Below are positions 29,756 through 39,030 of a DNA stretch of 64,000 nt, piece after piece (the first letter of the stretch is position 1; every line of letters starts with the position of its first letter). This DNA comes from an uncultured Acidobacteriota bacterium. GTDB taxonomy: Bacteria; Acidobacteriota; Vicinamibacteria; Vicinamibacterales; 2-12-FULL-66-21. The notes below the pieces were generated by a model. It ran no database searches. It worked only from the letters and a program-made list of their open reading frames with translations, and had not been told where the DNA came from. Where the stretch lies: assembly GCA_963797715.1 (NCBI GenBank), contig CAWCQS010000015.1, forward strand, positions 168,792 through 232,791, in the 5' to 3' direction. A program made the translations under genes and the position numbers.

Positions 29756-30919
29756 ATGCAGCACTGGACCATCCTGACGTGCGAATACCCGCCCGGATGC
29801 GGCGGCGTCGGCGACTATACCGCGCAGGTAGCGGTTGCGCTCGCTAACGCAGGCGACAGGGTGACGATCGTGTGCCCCCCGAGGACCGATTCTTACGCAC
29901 CGTCGGCTATTGCCGGGATCGATGTTGTCGTCCTCGACGATCTCTACGGACGAGCCGGACGGCGAGCGATCGCCACTCGGCTGGATGCGCCGAAGTATGG
30001 CGACGTGTCGCCGATCCTCGTCCAGTACGTCCCCACCGGCTACGGACTCCGCGGCGCCAACATTCCGTTCTGCCGATGGCTTCTCGCGCGCGCCGAACGT
30101 CGCCTGGATGACGTTCGCGTGATGTTCCACGAACCTTACGTCGAGTACACCTGGAGCCCAATTCGCCGGAACGCATTGGCGGCCGCCGAGCGCGTGATGG
30201 CCCGGACGCTGCTGCGAGCCGCGTCCCGCGTGTACCTCTCGACCGACGCGTGGCGCCGGTACCTGGCCCCGCATGCCATGACGCGCCGTGCCGACGAGTT
30301 CGAGACGCTGCCGATCCCGTCGGCAATTCCGCGTTGTGAGGACGTCCACGAGATCGCGCATCGTCGCCACCAACTGCTCGGATCGTCATCACAGCTCGTC
30401 GGTCATTTTGGTACCTTCGGTTCGCAGGTGGCGCCGATGCTGACTGACACGCTACCCGCGATGCTTGGACGGCGTGGCGACTTGTCAGCAGTGTTCGTGG
30501 GTGCCGGCAGCGATCTCTTCGCCCGTCAACTGATGGAAGCGCATCCCGCTCTTCAAGGGCGCATACATGGAACGGGACGTCTCGATGCGAAGGACGTGGC
30601 CGTCTTCATTGCCGCCTGCGATCTCTTGCTCCAGCCTTACCCCGATGGTGTCACGACGCGACGGACGTCAACGATGGCAGGGCTCATCAATCGTCGCCCG
30701 GTCCTGACGACGACGGGGCATCTCACCGAGCCAGTGTGGACGGAGACGGCCGCGGTCGCGCTCACCGGCGCCGGAGAATCGGCGTGGTTCATCGCCTCGG
30801 CTCTTTCGCTCCTCGCCGCCGAGGGCGAACGCGCGGCGCTTGCGGAGAGAGGAGAGCGTACCGTACCGTCAGCGGTTCGCGCTGTCGCACACCGTTCGAT
30901 CGTTGCGCGGAGCCGTTGA
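29756..30919 (+). CDS. Glycosyltransferase (GT-B, GT4-like); last ~25 codons possibly frameshifted (alternative end 30935)
   Basis: The protein begins MQHWTILTCEYPPGCGGVGDYTAQVAVALANAGDRVTIV. From about 30855 an adjacent frame reads SVPYRQRFALSHTVRSLRGAVEGAAA* and ends in an ATGA overlap with the next gene. Confidence 0.7.
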   Translation: MQHWTILTCEYPPGCGGVGDYTAQVAVALANAGDRVTIVCPPRTDSYAPSAIAGIDVVVLDDLYGRAGRRAIATRLDAPKYGDVSPILVQYVPTGYGLRGANIPFCRWLLARAERRLDDVRVMFHEPYVEYTWSPIRRNALAAAERVMARTLLRAASRVYLSTDAWRRYLAPHAMTRRADEFETLPIPSAIPRCEDVHEIAHRRHQLLGSSSQLVGHFGTFGSQVAPMLTDTLPAMLGRRGDLSAVFVGAGSDLFARQLMEAHPALQGRIHGTGRLDAKDVAVFIAACDLLLQPYPDGVTTRRTSTMAGLINRRPVLTTTGHLTEPVWTETAAVALTGAGESAWFIASALSLLAAEGERAALAERGERTVPSAVRAVAHRSIVARSR

Positions 30920-30931
30920 AGGTGCCGCGGC

Positions 30932-31867
30932 ATGACGTCCCCGCGCCTGACCGTGGGTATCACGACGCGCAACCGTCCGGAAGCGTTTCGACGGTGCCTC
31001 GCGTCGCTGATGGCGCTGTCGGATCTTTGTCCGGAAGTGATCGTGTTCGACGATGCGTCTACGCCAGCGGTCGCGGATCAGATCGGCAGCTGGACCCTGC
31101 GGCCTTCGGTCCGCACGATTCGTGACGACGGGGCTCCCGGCTATATCGCCGGCCGCAATCGTCTCGTGCAAGAGGCCGGGGCGCCTGTCGTGCTGCTGAT
31201 GGACGACGATGCGGCGGTGCTCGAGGGCGAGGCGATCCGCGGCGCATTGCAATTGCTCGAAGCCGATGCGAGCGTCGGCGCGATCGCCTTTGCCCAGTGC
31301 GACGCCGCGGGTAAGCCTTGGCAAGAGGGTATGCAGCCGGCGCGAAGTCAGATGGCCTGCCGCGTCCCCGCGTTCATCGGCTTTGCGCATCTCGTCAAAC
31401 GCGACGTGTTTCAAACGATTGGAGGCTACAGGGAGACGTTCGAGTTCTACGGCGAGGAGAAGGATTTCTGTTTGCGGCTGATCGACGCCGGGTACCAGAC
31501 TATCTACCTGCCCGACGCGCTCGTGATTCACGAGCCCGATCGCGCTGGCCGCAGCCAGCAGCGGTATCTCCGCTACGTGACGAGAAACGATTGCCTGACA
31601 GCGCTCTACAACGAGCCCTTCACTCGGCTCACCTGGCTCTTGCCTGCGCGGTTCGCGCTCTACTTCCGCATGAGGCGCGACTGGCAGATCCGGGATCCAC
31701 TGGGGTGGCTCTGGATTCTCAGAGAACTGGCCGGGCATGCCAACGCCGTGATTCGAGACCGCGCGCCGGTTTCGCGCGACACGATCGCGACCTGGAAGCG
31801 GCTCCGCGAATCGCCGGAACCCTACGTCCGCCAACCTCTTGAACCTCTGGAACCGTTAGAACCTTAG
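30932..31867 (+). CDS. Glycosyltransferase family 2
   Basis: LTVGITTRNRPEAFRRCLASL...VIVFDDASTP is a GT-A N-terminus. The C-terminus QPLEPLEPLEP is encoded by a short DNA repeat. Confidence 0.85.
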   Translation: MTSPRLTVGITTRNRPEAFRRCLASLMALSDLCPEVIVFDDASTPAVADQIGSWTLRPSVRTIRDDGAPGYIAGRNRLVQEAGAPVVLLMDDDAAVLEGEAIRGALQLLEADASVGAIAFAQCDAAGKPWQEGMQPARSQMACRVPAFIGFAHLVKRDVFQTIGGYRETFEFYGEEKDFCLRLIDAGYQTIYLPDALVIHEPDRAGRSQQRYLRYVTRNDCLTALYNEPFTRLTWLLPARFALYFRMRRDWQIRDPLGWLWILRELAGHANAVIRDRAPVSRDTIATWKRLRESPEPYVRQPLEPLEPLEP

Positions 31868-31876
31868 AGAGTCCTT

Positions 31877-33022
31877 GTGCCCCGCCTGATCTCCATCTCG
31901 CACTCGTACGTCGTCGCCAACAACCGGCGGCTCGCGCACGAGATGGCACAACAAGGACGTGGACGCTGGGAGGTCACGGCGATCGCGCCGGCACGTCTGG
32001 CCGCGGATCTTCGGGATGTGTCGCTCGAGCCAATCGCCGAAGAAGCATGCACGACGCGCGGGCTCAGAATGCGGCTCGGCCGTAGCCCTCACTTGCGACA
32101 TTACGAGCGCCAGTTGCACGCACTGTTGGACAGCTCGTGGGACGTCGTCCATGTCTGGGAGGAGCCGTATGTCGCCGCTTGTGCGCAGGTCGCCTCGGCT
32201 GCGCGCGCGCGTGCCTGTTTGGTCCCGGCGACCTTTCAGAACATCGCGAAGTCCTACCCGCCGCCACTGACGCAATTCGAACGCAGGGTGATGCGTCGCG
32301 CCAATGGCTGGATCGCATTTGGCGAGAGCGTCCACGAAGTTCAGCACGCCCGGCCCGGCTACGCAACCGTGCCGTCACGGGTGATTCCCCCTGGAGTCGA
32401 CACGCTGCGATTTCGACCAGACGGAGAAGCACGGACGGCTGTCCGTGCGAGTCTTGGCTGGAATGACGACACACCGGTCGTGGGGTTCCTCGGCCGCTTC
32501 GTTCAGTCGAAGGGGCTTGCCGTGCTGATGAACGCACTGAAAGAGGCGCGCCAGCCGTGGCGCGCGTTATTCGTCGGCGGCGGACCGATGGAGCGAGACC
32601 TGTCGGCGTTTGCGGGCGCTCATCCCGGACGTGTCCGCGTGCTGACGGGCGTTGCGCATGATGACGTGCCTCGACACTTGAATGCGATGGATCTCATGTG
32701 TGCACCGAGCCAGACGACGCGCGCGTGGCGAGAGCAGTTTGGCCGGATGTTGATTGAAGCGATGGCGTGCGGCATTCCGGTTGTTGCCAGCCGCAGCGGT
32801 GAGATTCCGCACGTGATGGGAGACGCTGGTGTGCTCGTCGACGAATCCGATGCCGCGCACTGGACCGCCGCCATCGATCGACTGCTGACGGAGCCGAAGA
32901 GTCGCGCCGACTTGTCAGCGCGTGGACTCGGGAGGGTGCACGAGAAATTTGCCTGGCCGATTGTTGCGCGGGCGCACCTCACCTTTTTTGAAGAGCTGTT
33001 GTCGTCCTCGTCACGTCAATGA
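31877..33022 (+). CDS. Glycosyltransferase family 4
   Basis: GTG start. Contains REQFGRMLIEAMACGIPVVASRSGEIPHVM. Confidence 0.85.
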   Translation: MPRLISISHSYVVANNRRLAHEMAQQGRGRWEVTAIAPARLAADLRDVSLEPIAEEACTTRGLRMRLGRSPHLRHYERQLHALLDSSWDVVHVWEEPYVAACAQVASAARARACLVPATFQNIAKSYPPPLTQFERRVMRRANGWIAFGESVHEVQHARPGYATVPSRVIPPGVDTLRFRPDGEARTAVRASLGWNDDTPVVGFLGRFVQSKGLAVLMNALKEARQPWRALFVGGGPMERDLSAFAGAHPGRVRVLTGVAHDDVPRHLNAMDLMCAPSQTTRAWREQFGRMLIEAMACGIPVVASRSGEIPHVMGDAGVLVDESDAAHWTAAIDRLLTEPKSRADLSARGLGRVHEKFAWPIVARAHLTFFEELLSSSSRQ

Positions 33023-34185
33023 CTGCACTCCGCGTTGCCGTTATCGCCGACTACCTGGAAGAGGGGTGGCCGAGCATGGACCTTGTCGCCGACATGCTGT
33101 TCGATCGGCTGCAGCGCGAGCACGGCGCGGCGATTGTCCCGACGCTGGTACGCCCGCCCATGAGGCGTCGAGCCGGACGCCTTCCTATCTCCACGCGTGG
33201 CTGGGGGCGAAACATCGATCGCGTCGCGAACCGTCTGTGGGATTACCCGAGGCTCGTGTCCGGCCTCTCGCAACGTTTCGACGTCTTCCACATCGTCGAT
33301 CACAGCTACGCGCAGCTCGTCCACCGCTTGCCAGCGTCGCGGACGATCGTGACCTGTCACGATCTGGACGCGTTTCGGAGCGTGTTCGATCCCGATCTGG
33401 AGAGGCGCACGGCGATGTTCCGTGCGATGACGCGCCACATCCTCGCCGGTCTGCGCAAGGCGGGCCACATTGCGTGCGACAGCCACGCGACGCGTGACGC
33501 CCTCGTCGCGAAGGCAGGCATTGCTGCTGAGCGCACGATCGTCGTGCCCAATGGTCCCCACCCGAGCTGCTCGCCCGAAGCGGAACCCGCTGCCGACATC
33601 GACGCCGCGCGTCTCCTCGGTCCGCGCGGGGCGACTCTCGATCTGTTGCACGTGGGCAGCACCATCGCACGCAAGCGCATCGACGTATTGCTGCGTGTGA
33701 TCGACTCGCTGCGCGCCGCCCACCGGCACCTGCGGCTCGTGCGGGTCGGCGGGCCCTTCACCGCCGCCCAACAGGCACAAGTGCGCGAACTCGGCTTAGG
33801 CGACGCCATCGTCGTGCTGCCGGCGCTCGACCGGTCGACGCTGGCGGCGGTGTATCGCCGCTGCGCATTGCTGCTGATGCCGTCCGAACGCGAAGGGTTT
33901 GGCCTGCCCGTGCTCGAGGCGCTGGCCTGCGGGACACCCGTCGTTGCGAGCGACGCGCCGGCGTTGCGCGAGGTCGGCGGATACGCGGCGGCTTATTGCC
34001 CAGTTGACGACCTTGACGCGTGGCACCGTACGGTCACACGTCTACTCGACGAGCGATCGCAAATGCCGGCGCAGTGGACCCTTCGCCGTGAGTCCGGCAT
34101 CAGGCGCGCATCGGCTTTCAGCTGGTCGCGGTACGCGAGCGACATCGTCGCTCTTTACTCGCGCGTGGCGAGCTCCGTCTCGTAG
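33019..34185 (+). CDS. Glycosyltransferase family 4
   Basis: ATGA overlap with the upstream gene. Contains REGFGLPVLEALACGTPVVASDAPALREV. Confidence 0.85.
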   Translation: MTALRVAVIADYLEEGWPSMDLVADMLFDRLQREHGAAIVPTLVRPPMRRRAGRLPISTRGWGRNIDRVANRLWDYPRLVSGLSQRFDVFHIVDHSYAQLVHRLPASRTIVTCHDLDAFRSVFDPDLERRTAMFRAMTRHILAGLRKAGHIACDSHATRDALVAKAGIAAERTIVVPNGPHPSCSPEAEPAADIDAARLLGPRGATLDLLHVGSTIARKRIDVLLRVIDSLRAAHRHLRLVRVGGPFTAAQQAQVRELGLGDAIVVLPALDRSTLAAVYRRCALLLMPSEREGFGLPVLEALACGTPVVASDAPALREVGGYAAAYCPVDDLDAWHRTVTRLLDERSQMPAQWTLRRESGIRRASAFSWSRYASDIVALYSRVASSVS

Positions 34186-34208
34186 ACCTGTGAGTGAGGC
34201 GATGATCG

Positions 34209-35336
34209 TTGGCTGACGGACGGCTGATCCGCGTCGCGCACGTCGGCAAGTTCTATCCGCCTGTCACCGGCGGCATGGAGCGAGTGGTGCAGTCCCTGTG
34301 CACGGTGACCAAGGGCCGCCTGGACAATTGCGTGCTGGCGTTCAACACGACGGCGCGAACCGTGAGAGAAGAAGTCGACGGCGTGCCGGTGACTCGCGTC
34401 GCGACGTGGGGTACGGCTGGGTCTGTGCCGATCGCGCCCTCGCTCGCTGGACAGCTGTCGCGGCTCGAGGCGGATGTCATGATCCTGCACGAGCCGAACC
34501 CGTGGGCGCTCGTGTCGTACGCGGCGGTCAAGCCACGGATCCCCCTCGCCATCTGGTTCCACAGCGAGGTCGTGCGGCCGGTACTCCAGTATCGATTGTT
34601 CTATGCGCCGTTCGCGCGGCCTGCCTACCGTGCGGCTAGGCGCTTTCTCGTGTCGTCGGCAGCGCTGGCGGAGCACGCGGTCACGCTGCAGCCGTATCGC
34701 GACCTCGTGTCGGTGATTCCGTTCGGCATCGACGTGGGCGCCTGGCAACCGAGTGACGACGAGCGCTGCCGCGCGGTCGAGATTCGGAGGGACGCCGGCC
34801 GGCCGATCGTGCTGTTCGCCGGACGGCACGTGCCATACAAAGGTGTGCCGACGTTGATCGAGGCGGCTGCGCCCCTCGACGTGTCAGTCGTGATGCTTGG
34901 CGACGGCCCCATGCGCGAGACCTGGACCAAGCTCGCCAAAGCCCAGCGTGGGCGTGCCAGCTACAGCTTTCCCGGCGAGGTGCCTGACCACGAATTGCGC
35001 GCGCAGCTGCTCGCGAGCCGCATGTTCGTCCTGCCCTCGGTGACACGTGCCGAAGCGTTTGGCTACATTCAGCTCGAGGCCATGGCCTGCGGGACACCGG
35101 TCATCAGCACGGCGCTTCCGACAGGCGTTCCTTGGGTGAACGAATCGGGTGTGGTCGTGCCCGCCGGTGACGCTGGGGCACTCCGTGCCGCGATCGAGGA
35201 GCTCGCCACTGATTCCGAGCTCGCGAGCCGCTTGGGCGAGCGAGGTCAGGAGCGAGCGCGCTCAGTGTTTACGTTGGACAGTATGGCCGACCGACTGGTG
35301 TCGGTATGCCAGGAACTGGCGGGGCGCCCGTCGTGA
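34209..35336 (+). CDS. Glycosyltransferase family 4
   Basis: IRVAHVGKFYPPVTGGMERVV; AEAFGYIQLEAMACGTPVISTALPTGVPWV. Confidence 0.85.
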   Translation: MADGRLIRVAHVGKFYPPVTGGMERVVQSLCTVTKGRLDNCVLAFNTTARTVREEVDGVPVTRVATWGTAGSVPIAPSLAGQLSRLEADVMILHEPNPWALVSYAAVKPRIPLAIWFHSEVVRPVLQYRLFYAPFARPAYRAARRFLVSSAALAEHAVTLQPYRDLVSVIPFGIDVGAWQPSDDERCRAVEIRRDAGRPIVLFAGRHVPYKGVPTLIEAAAPLDVSVVMLGDGPMRETWTKLAKAQRGRASYSFPGEVPDHELRAQLLASRMFVLPSVTRAEAFGYIQLEAMACGTPVISTALPTGVPWVNESGVVVPAGDAGALRAAIEELATDSELASRLGERGQERARSVFTLDSMADRLVSVCQELAGRPS

Positions 35337-35932
35337 AGCGTGCACTGGACATGACACTCGCTGGCACGGGCCTGATCCTTTCCTCGCCGCTCTGGCTGCT
35401 GTTTGCCGCCGCCATCAAGCTCGAGGATGGTGGTCCCGTCTTCTACTCGCAGGAGCGGGTCGGCTTCGGCGGCCAGGTGTTCGACGCGCTGAAGTTCCGA
35501 TCCATGCGCATCGATGCCGAGGCGGGCGTGGGTGCGGTGCAAGCGATCGAGGACGATCCGCGCGTGACTCGCATCGGACGTTTCATGCGGCGAACGGCGA
35601 TGGACGAGTTGCCGCAGCTCTGGAACATTTTTCGCGGCGACATGAGCTTCGTCGGACCGCGTGCGCTACGTCCGGGCGAAGTCGAGTCTGCGGGCGGCGC
35701 CGCCGTCAGGATCGATCAGATTCCCGGCTACGAGGCGCGCATCGCCGTGCGACCGGGGCTGACCGGCATCGCGCAGATTTACGCGCCACGCGACGTCCCG
35801 CGCCGTCAGAAGTTTCGCTACGACCGTCTCTACGTGCGTCAGCAGTCGATGTCGCTCGATTGTCGTTTGATTCTGCTGTCGTTTTGGATTAGCTTCCTTG
35901 GCACATGGGAGTCCCGGGGACGCAAGTACTGA
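35333..35932 (+). CDS. Priming phosphoglycosyl transferase (bacterial sugar transferase, small PglC/WbaP-C-terminal type)
   Basis: The GTG at 35333 overlaps the upstream TGA (the track starts at 35306). Single N-terminal helix. Motifs: GGPVFYSQERVG, KFRSM, DELPQLWNIFRGDMSFVGPRA, PGLTGIAQI. Confidence 0.9.
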   Translation: MKRALDMTLAGTGLILSSPLWLLFAAAIKLEDGGPVFYSQERVGFGGQVFDALKFRSMRIDAEAGVGAVQAIEDDPRVTRIGRFMRRTAMDELPQLWNIFRGDMSFVGPRALRPGEVESAGGAAVRIDQIPGYEARIAVRPGLTGIAQIYAPRDVPRRQKFRYDRLYVRQQSMSLDCRLILLSFWISFLGTWESRGRKY

Positions 35933-37125
35933 CGACCGATCGCGGCAATCGAACACGGCCTGTTGATTGTGATGTGATCGTCGTCGGCGGCGGGCCGGCG
36001 GGGCTCATCGCCGCGCGCGAGCTCGCCGCGGCGGGACAGGCCGTGCGCGTGCTCGAGGAGCACGACGTCATCGGCACACCGGTCCACTGCACGGGCGTTC
36101 TTGGGCTCGACGCCTTCGACGAGCTCAGCCTTTCACGCGGCGCGATCGTCGGAACTGCTGATGCCGCGCGGTTCGTCTCTCCAAACGGAACGACGGTGCT
36201 CATCGGCGCCGAGCAGGTTCGAGCCGCCGTTGTCGATCGCGCGATCTTCGACCGCGAATTGGCCGTCTCGGCCATCGACGCTGGTGCTATTGTCGAAACC
36301 GGCGTTCGCGTCGCCGGTGTTTGGAAAGGCGAGGCGTCTGTCACGGTGCAGACCTCCGGCGCCGCGGCTCCCCTCGAGGCACGAGCAGTCATCCTCGCCT
36401 GCGGCGCCAGCTATCGTTTCAACCGCGCACTCGGGCTCGGCGTTCCGCGCGTGCTCGTGCATAGCGCGCAGCTCGAGGTCCCGTTTCCCAGCCTCGATCG
36501 AGTGCAGGTTCATTTCGGTCGCAAGGTCGCACCGGGAGGATTTGCCTGGGTTGTGCCGTTCGAGCGCAACGGCCAGTCGTATGCGCGGGTCGGACTCCTC
36601 TGCGAGCGCGACGCCGGCACTCGTTTTCGCACGTTCGCGGCGGCGCTGCAGGCGGAGTACGGATTGTCCGGGCTGTGGCCCGAGCCGCGCCTGCGTGCCT
36701 TGCCCCTCGGTCCGGTTTCTCGGACGTGGACCGATCGCATTCTTGCGGTCGGCGATGCTGCCGGGCTGGTGAAGCCGACGACGGGCGGTGGGATCTATTA
36801 CGGCCTGTTGACAGGCCACCTCGCCGCCAACGTTTTGTCGGAGGCCTTGCGCGAGAATCGTCTCGGCGCACGCCGCTTGCGTGAATACGAGCGTCGCTGG
36901 CGTGCGCGTCTCGGCCGGGAGATTCGTGCCGGCCTGGCGTTCCGGGGCGTGGCCGCGCGCCTGAACGATTTGACGATCGATCGCCTGATGGAACTCGCGC
37001 GCGTCGACGGCATCGTCCCTCTGCTCAAGCAGACCGCCGACTTCAACTGGCATCAGTCGGCGGCACAAGCGCTGCTGCGTCACGCCGAGTTCCGCCGCAT
37101 CATCGTGAAGTCGATGCTGACGTAG
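35905..37125 (+). CDS. FAD-dependent oxidoreductase, geranylgeranyl-reductase family
   Basis: CDVIVVGGGPAGLIAARELAAAGQAVRVLEE is a dinucleotide-binding motif. RILAVGDAAGLVKPTTGGGIYYGL is characteristic of geranylgeranyl reductases. Confidence 0.8.
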   Translation: MGVPGTQVLTTDRGNRTRPVDCDVIVVGGGPAGLIAARELAAAGQAVRVLEEHDVIGTPVHCTGVLGLDAFDELSLSRGAIVGTADAARFVSPNGTTVLIGAEQVRAAVVDRAIFDRELAVSAIDAGAIVETGVRVAGVWKGEASVTVQTSGAAAPLEARAVILACGASYRFNRALGLGVPRVLVHSAQLEVPFPSLDRVQVHFGRKVAPGGFAWVVPFERNGQSYARVGLLCERDAGTRFRTFAAALQAEYGLSGLWPEPRLRALPLGPVSRTWTDRILAVGDAAGLVKPTTGGGIYYGLLTGHLAANVLSEALRENRLGARRLREYERRWRARLGREIRAGLAFRGVAARLNDLTIDRLMELARVDGIVPLLKQTADFNWHQSAAQALLRHAEFRRIIVKSMLT

Positions 37126-37135
37126 TATTCGCGGC

Positions 37136-37936
37136 TTGCAACGCTGCTCGTTGCCTACAATCTTCGACGTGACCCAAGTCTCCCCTGGACACTACGCGCA
37201 GAAGCAGCTGCTCAGCCCAAGTGGCCTCGTGCGCTGGAGCCACGGCAGCCGTTTCCGCCTGGCGCGCGAGCTCGTCGCGCCGTTTGCGGGACGCCGGCTC
37301 CTCGACTACGGCTGCGGCGACGGCACATTTCTCTCCCTCGTACTCGATCTCTTTCCAAACGCTGTCGGTGCTGACGTTGCCGCCGACCAGCTCGCTGATT
37401 GTTCCCACCGCTTCAGCAGTGCGCCTGGCGTTCGCTTTCTTCTCACCGACGCCCTCGACGGCCCTGGACACGCCATCCACTACGACGTCGTCGTCTGTAT
37501 GGAAGTGCTGGAGCATTGTCCTGACGACATTCAGTTGGCTGTGCTCGACCGGATCGGTCGCGTGACGATCCCCGGCGGCAGAGTGATCGTCAGCGTTCCG
37601 ATCGAGATTGGTCCGACGTTGGTAGCGAAGCAAACGGCGCGCGCTCTCGTGGCGCTCACAGGCGCTTCGGACTATGCGGCGCGAGAGCGATACCAGTCTG
37701 CTGAGCTGTTGCGTCAGTGCTTCGCGTCGAGTGCGACGGCGATTCCTCGCGAGGAGTACCGGGGCGAAGACGGCTCACGCTTCACGGGTCACAAAGGATT
37801 CAACTGGCGACGGCTGGAACATCGGATCGCAGAGCGGTTCGAGATCGAGCGGCGGCTGTTTTCGCCTGTGCCTTACACTGGCGCATGGCTGAACAGCCAG
37901 GTGTGGTTCGTATGCCGGACACGGCCGAGAACCTGA
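37136..37936 (+). CDS. Class I SAM-dependent methyltransferase
   Basis: RRLLDYGCGDGTFLSLVLD (motif I) and VVVCMEVLEHCPD. TTG start at 37136 (an alternative GTG lies near 37169). Confidence 0.75.
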   Translation: MQRCSLPTIFDVTQVSPGHYAQKQLLSPSGLVRWSHGSRFRLARELVAPFAGRRLLDYGCGDGTFLSLVLDLFPNAVGADVAADQLADCSHRFSSAPGVRFLLTDALDGPGHAIHYDVVVCMEVLEHCPDDIQLAVLDRIGRVTIPGGRVIVSVPIEIGPTLVAKQTARALVALTGASDYAARERYQSAELLRQCFASSATAIPREEYRGEDGSRFTGHKGFNWRRLEHRIAERFEIERRLFSPVPYTGAWLNSQVWFVCRTRPRT

Positions 37937-39030
37937 ACGACGCACTGCTCGCCGAAGCGCTGCGCGGTGCATGCCGGCATGCGCCCGAGCGTTCCGAATG
38001 GCCCGCATTTCTGCACGCGGCCGACAAACACGGTGTTCTTCCGCTCGTGGCTGACGCCGCAGCGGCCGCGCGATGGGACACCGATTTTCTCGCCGCAATC
38101 AGGCCCGCGGTCGCGGCGCACACCGTGCTGGACATGTTGCGGCAGGGAGAGGTCCGGCGAGTGCTCGCGAGCCTGACCGCTGCCGGCGTCCAGCCTCTGA
38201 TCATCAAAGGCTCGCACCTCGCGTTCACGCACTACCGTTCTCCGGACCGTCGTCCGCGCCTCGATACCGATCTGCTGATTCGCGAGATCGACAAGCCGGC
38301 GCTTACGAGCGCCCTTACGTCTCTTGGATACGAACCCGTGCCGCACGTGACTGGCGAAGTCGCCTTCTCGCAGTTCTCGTACGAGCGCACCGACGAGCGC
38401 GGAACGAGCCATACACTCGATGTCCACTGGCGCATCGCCATTCCAAAAGCCTTCGCCGATCGCCTGACCTACGACGATCTCCGGCAAGATGCGGTGTCCG
38501 TCGCGGCCCTGGGGCCGCATGCTCTTGCACCATCGCCGCCGCTCGCTCTCCTGATTGCCTGTCTGCACCGGACCGCTCACCACGGCACGACGACGAGGCT
38601 GCTGTGGCTGTATGACATCCACCTGCTGTCCGCGTCGCTCTCGGAGGGGGAATGGGAAGTCGTCGTGACGCGCGCCCACCACACGGGTCTCACGCCCGTC
38701 GTCGCCGCCGGTCTCGAGCACGCGGCCGAGCGGTTGGGCACCCAGTTGCCTGCGGCCGTTCTCGAGCAATTGCACGCTGGGGATAGCGACGTCGATGCCG
38801 ACGTCCTGATGTTTCTGGGCGGCACGCCGGCACAAATGCATGTGGCTAGGTCAGACTGGCGGCGGATCCGCGGCGTTCGCAACAGATTGCAGTTTCTGCG
38901 CGAGCACGTCTTTCCGTCGCGGCACTACATGCGACATCGCTACGGTGTCTCGTCTTCGGCGGCGTTGCCGCTTCTCTACGCGCACCGCGCCGTCACCGGA
39001 GCTGTGAAATGGGTGAGGCGGCCGATCTAA
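37912..39030 (+). CDS. Uncharacterised nucleotidyltransferase-family protein (NTP_transf_5-like)
   Basis: Track ORF 37717..39030 is trimmed to ATG at 37912. PRLDTDLLIREID...LGYEP...HTLDVHWRI resembles the DxD...DxH pattern of the PF14907 family. Confidence 0.6.
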   Translation: MPDTAENLNDALLAEALRGACRHAPERSEWPAFLHAADKHGVLPLVADAAAAARWDTDFLAAIRPAVAAHTVLDMLRQGEVRRVLASLTAAGVQPLIIKGSHLAFTHYRSPDRRPRLDTDLLIREIDKPALTSALTSLGYEPVPHVTGEVAFSQFSYERTDERGTSHTLDVHWRIAIPKAFADRLTYDDLRQDAVSVAALGPHALAPSPPLALLIACLHRTAHHGTTTRLLWLYDIHLLSASLSEGEWEVVVTRAHHTGLTPVVAAGLEHAAERLGTQLPAAVLEQLHAGDSDVDADVLMFLGGTPAQMHVARSDWRRIRGVRNRLQFLREHVFPSRHYMRHRYGVSSSAALPLLYAHRAVTGAVKWVRRPI

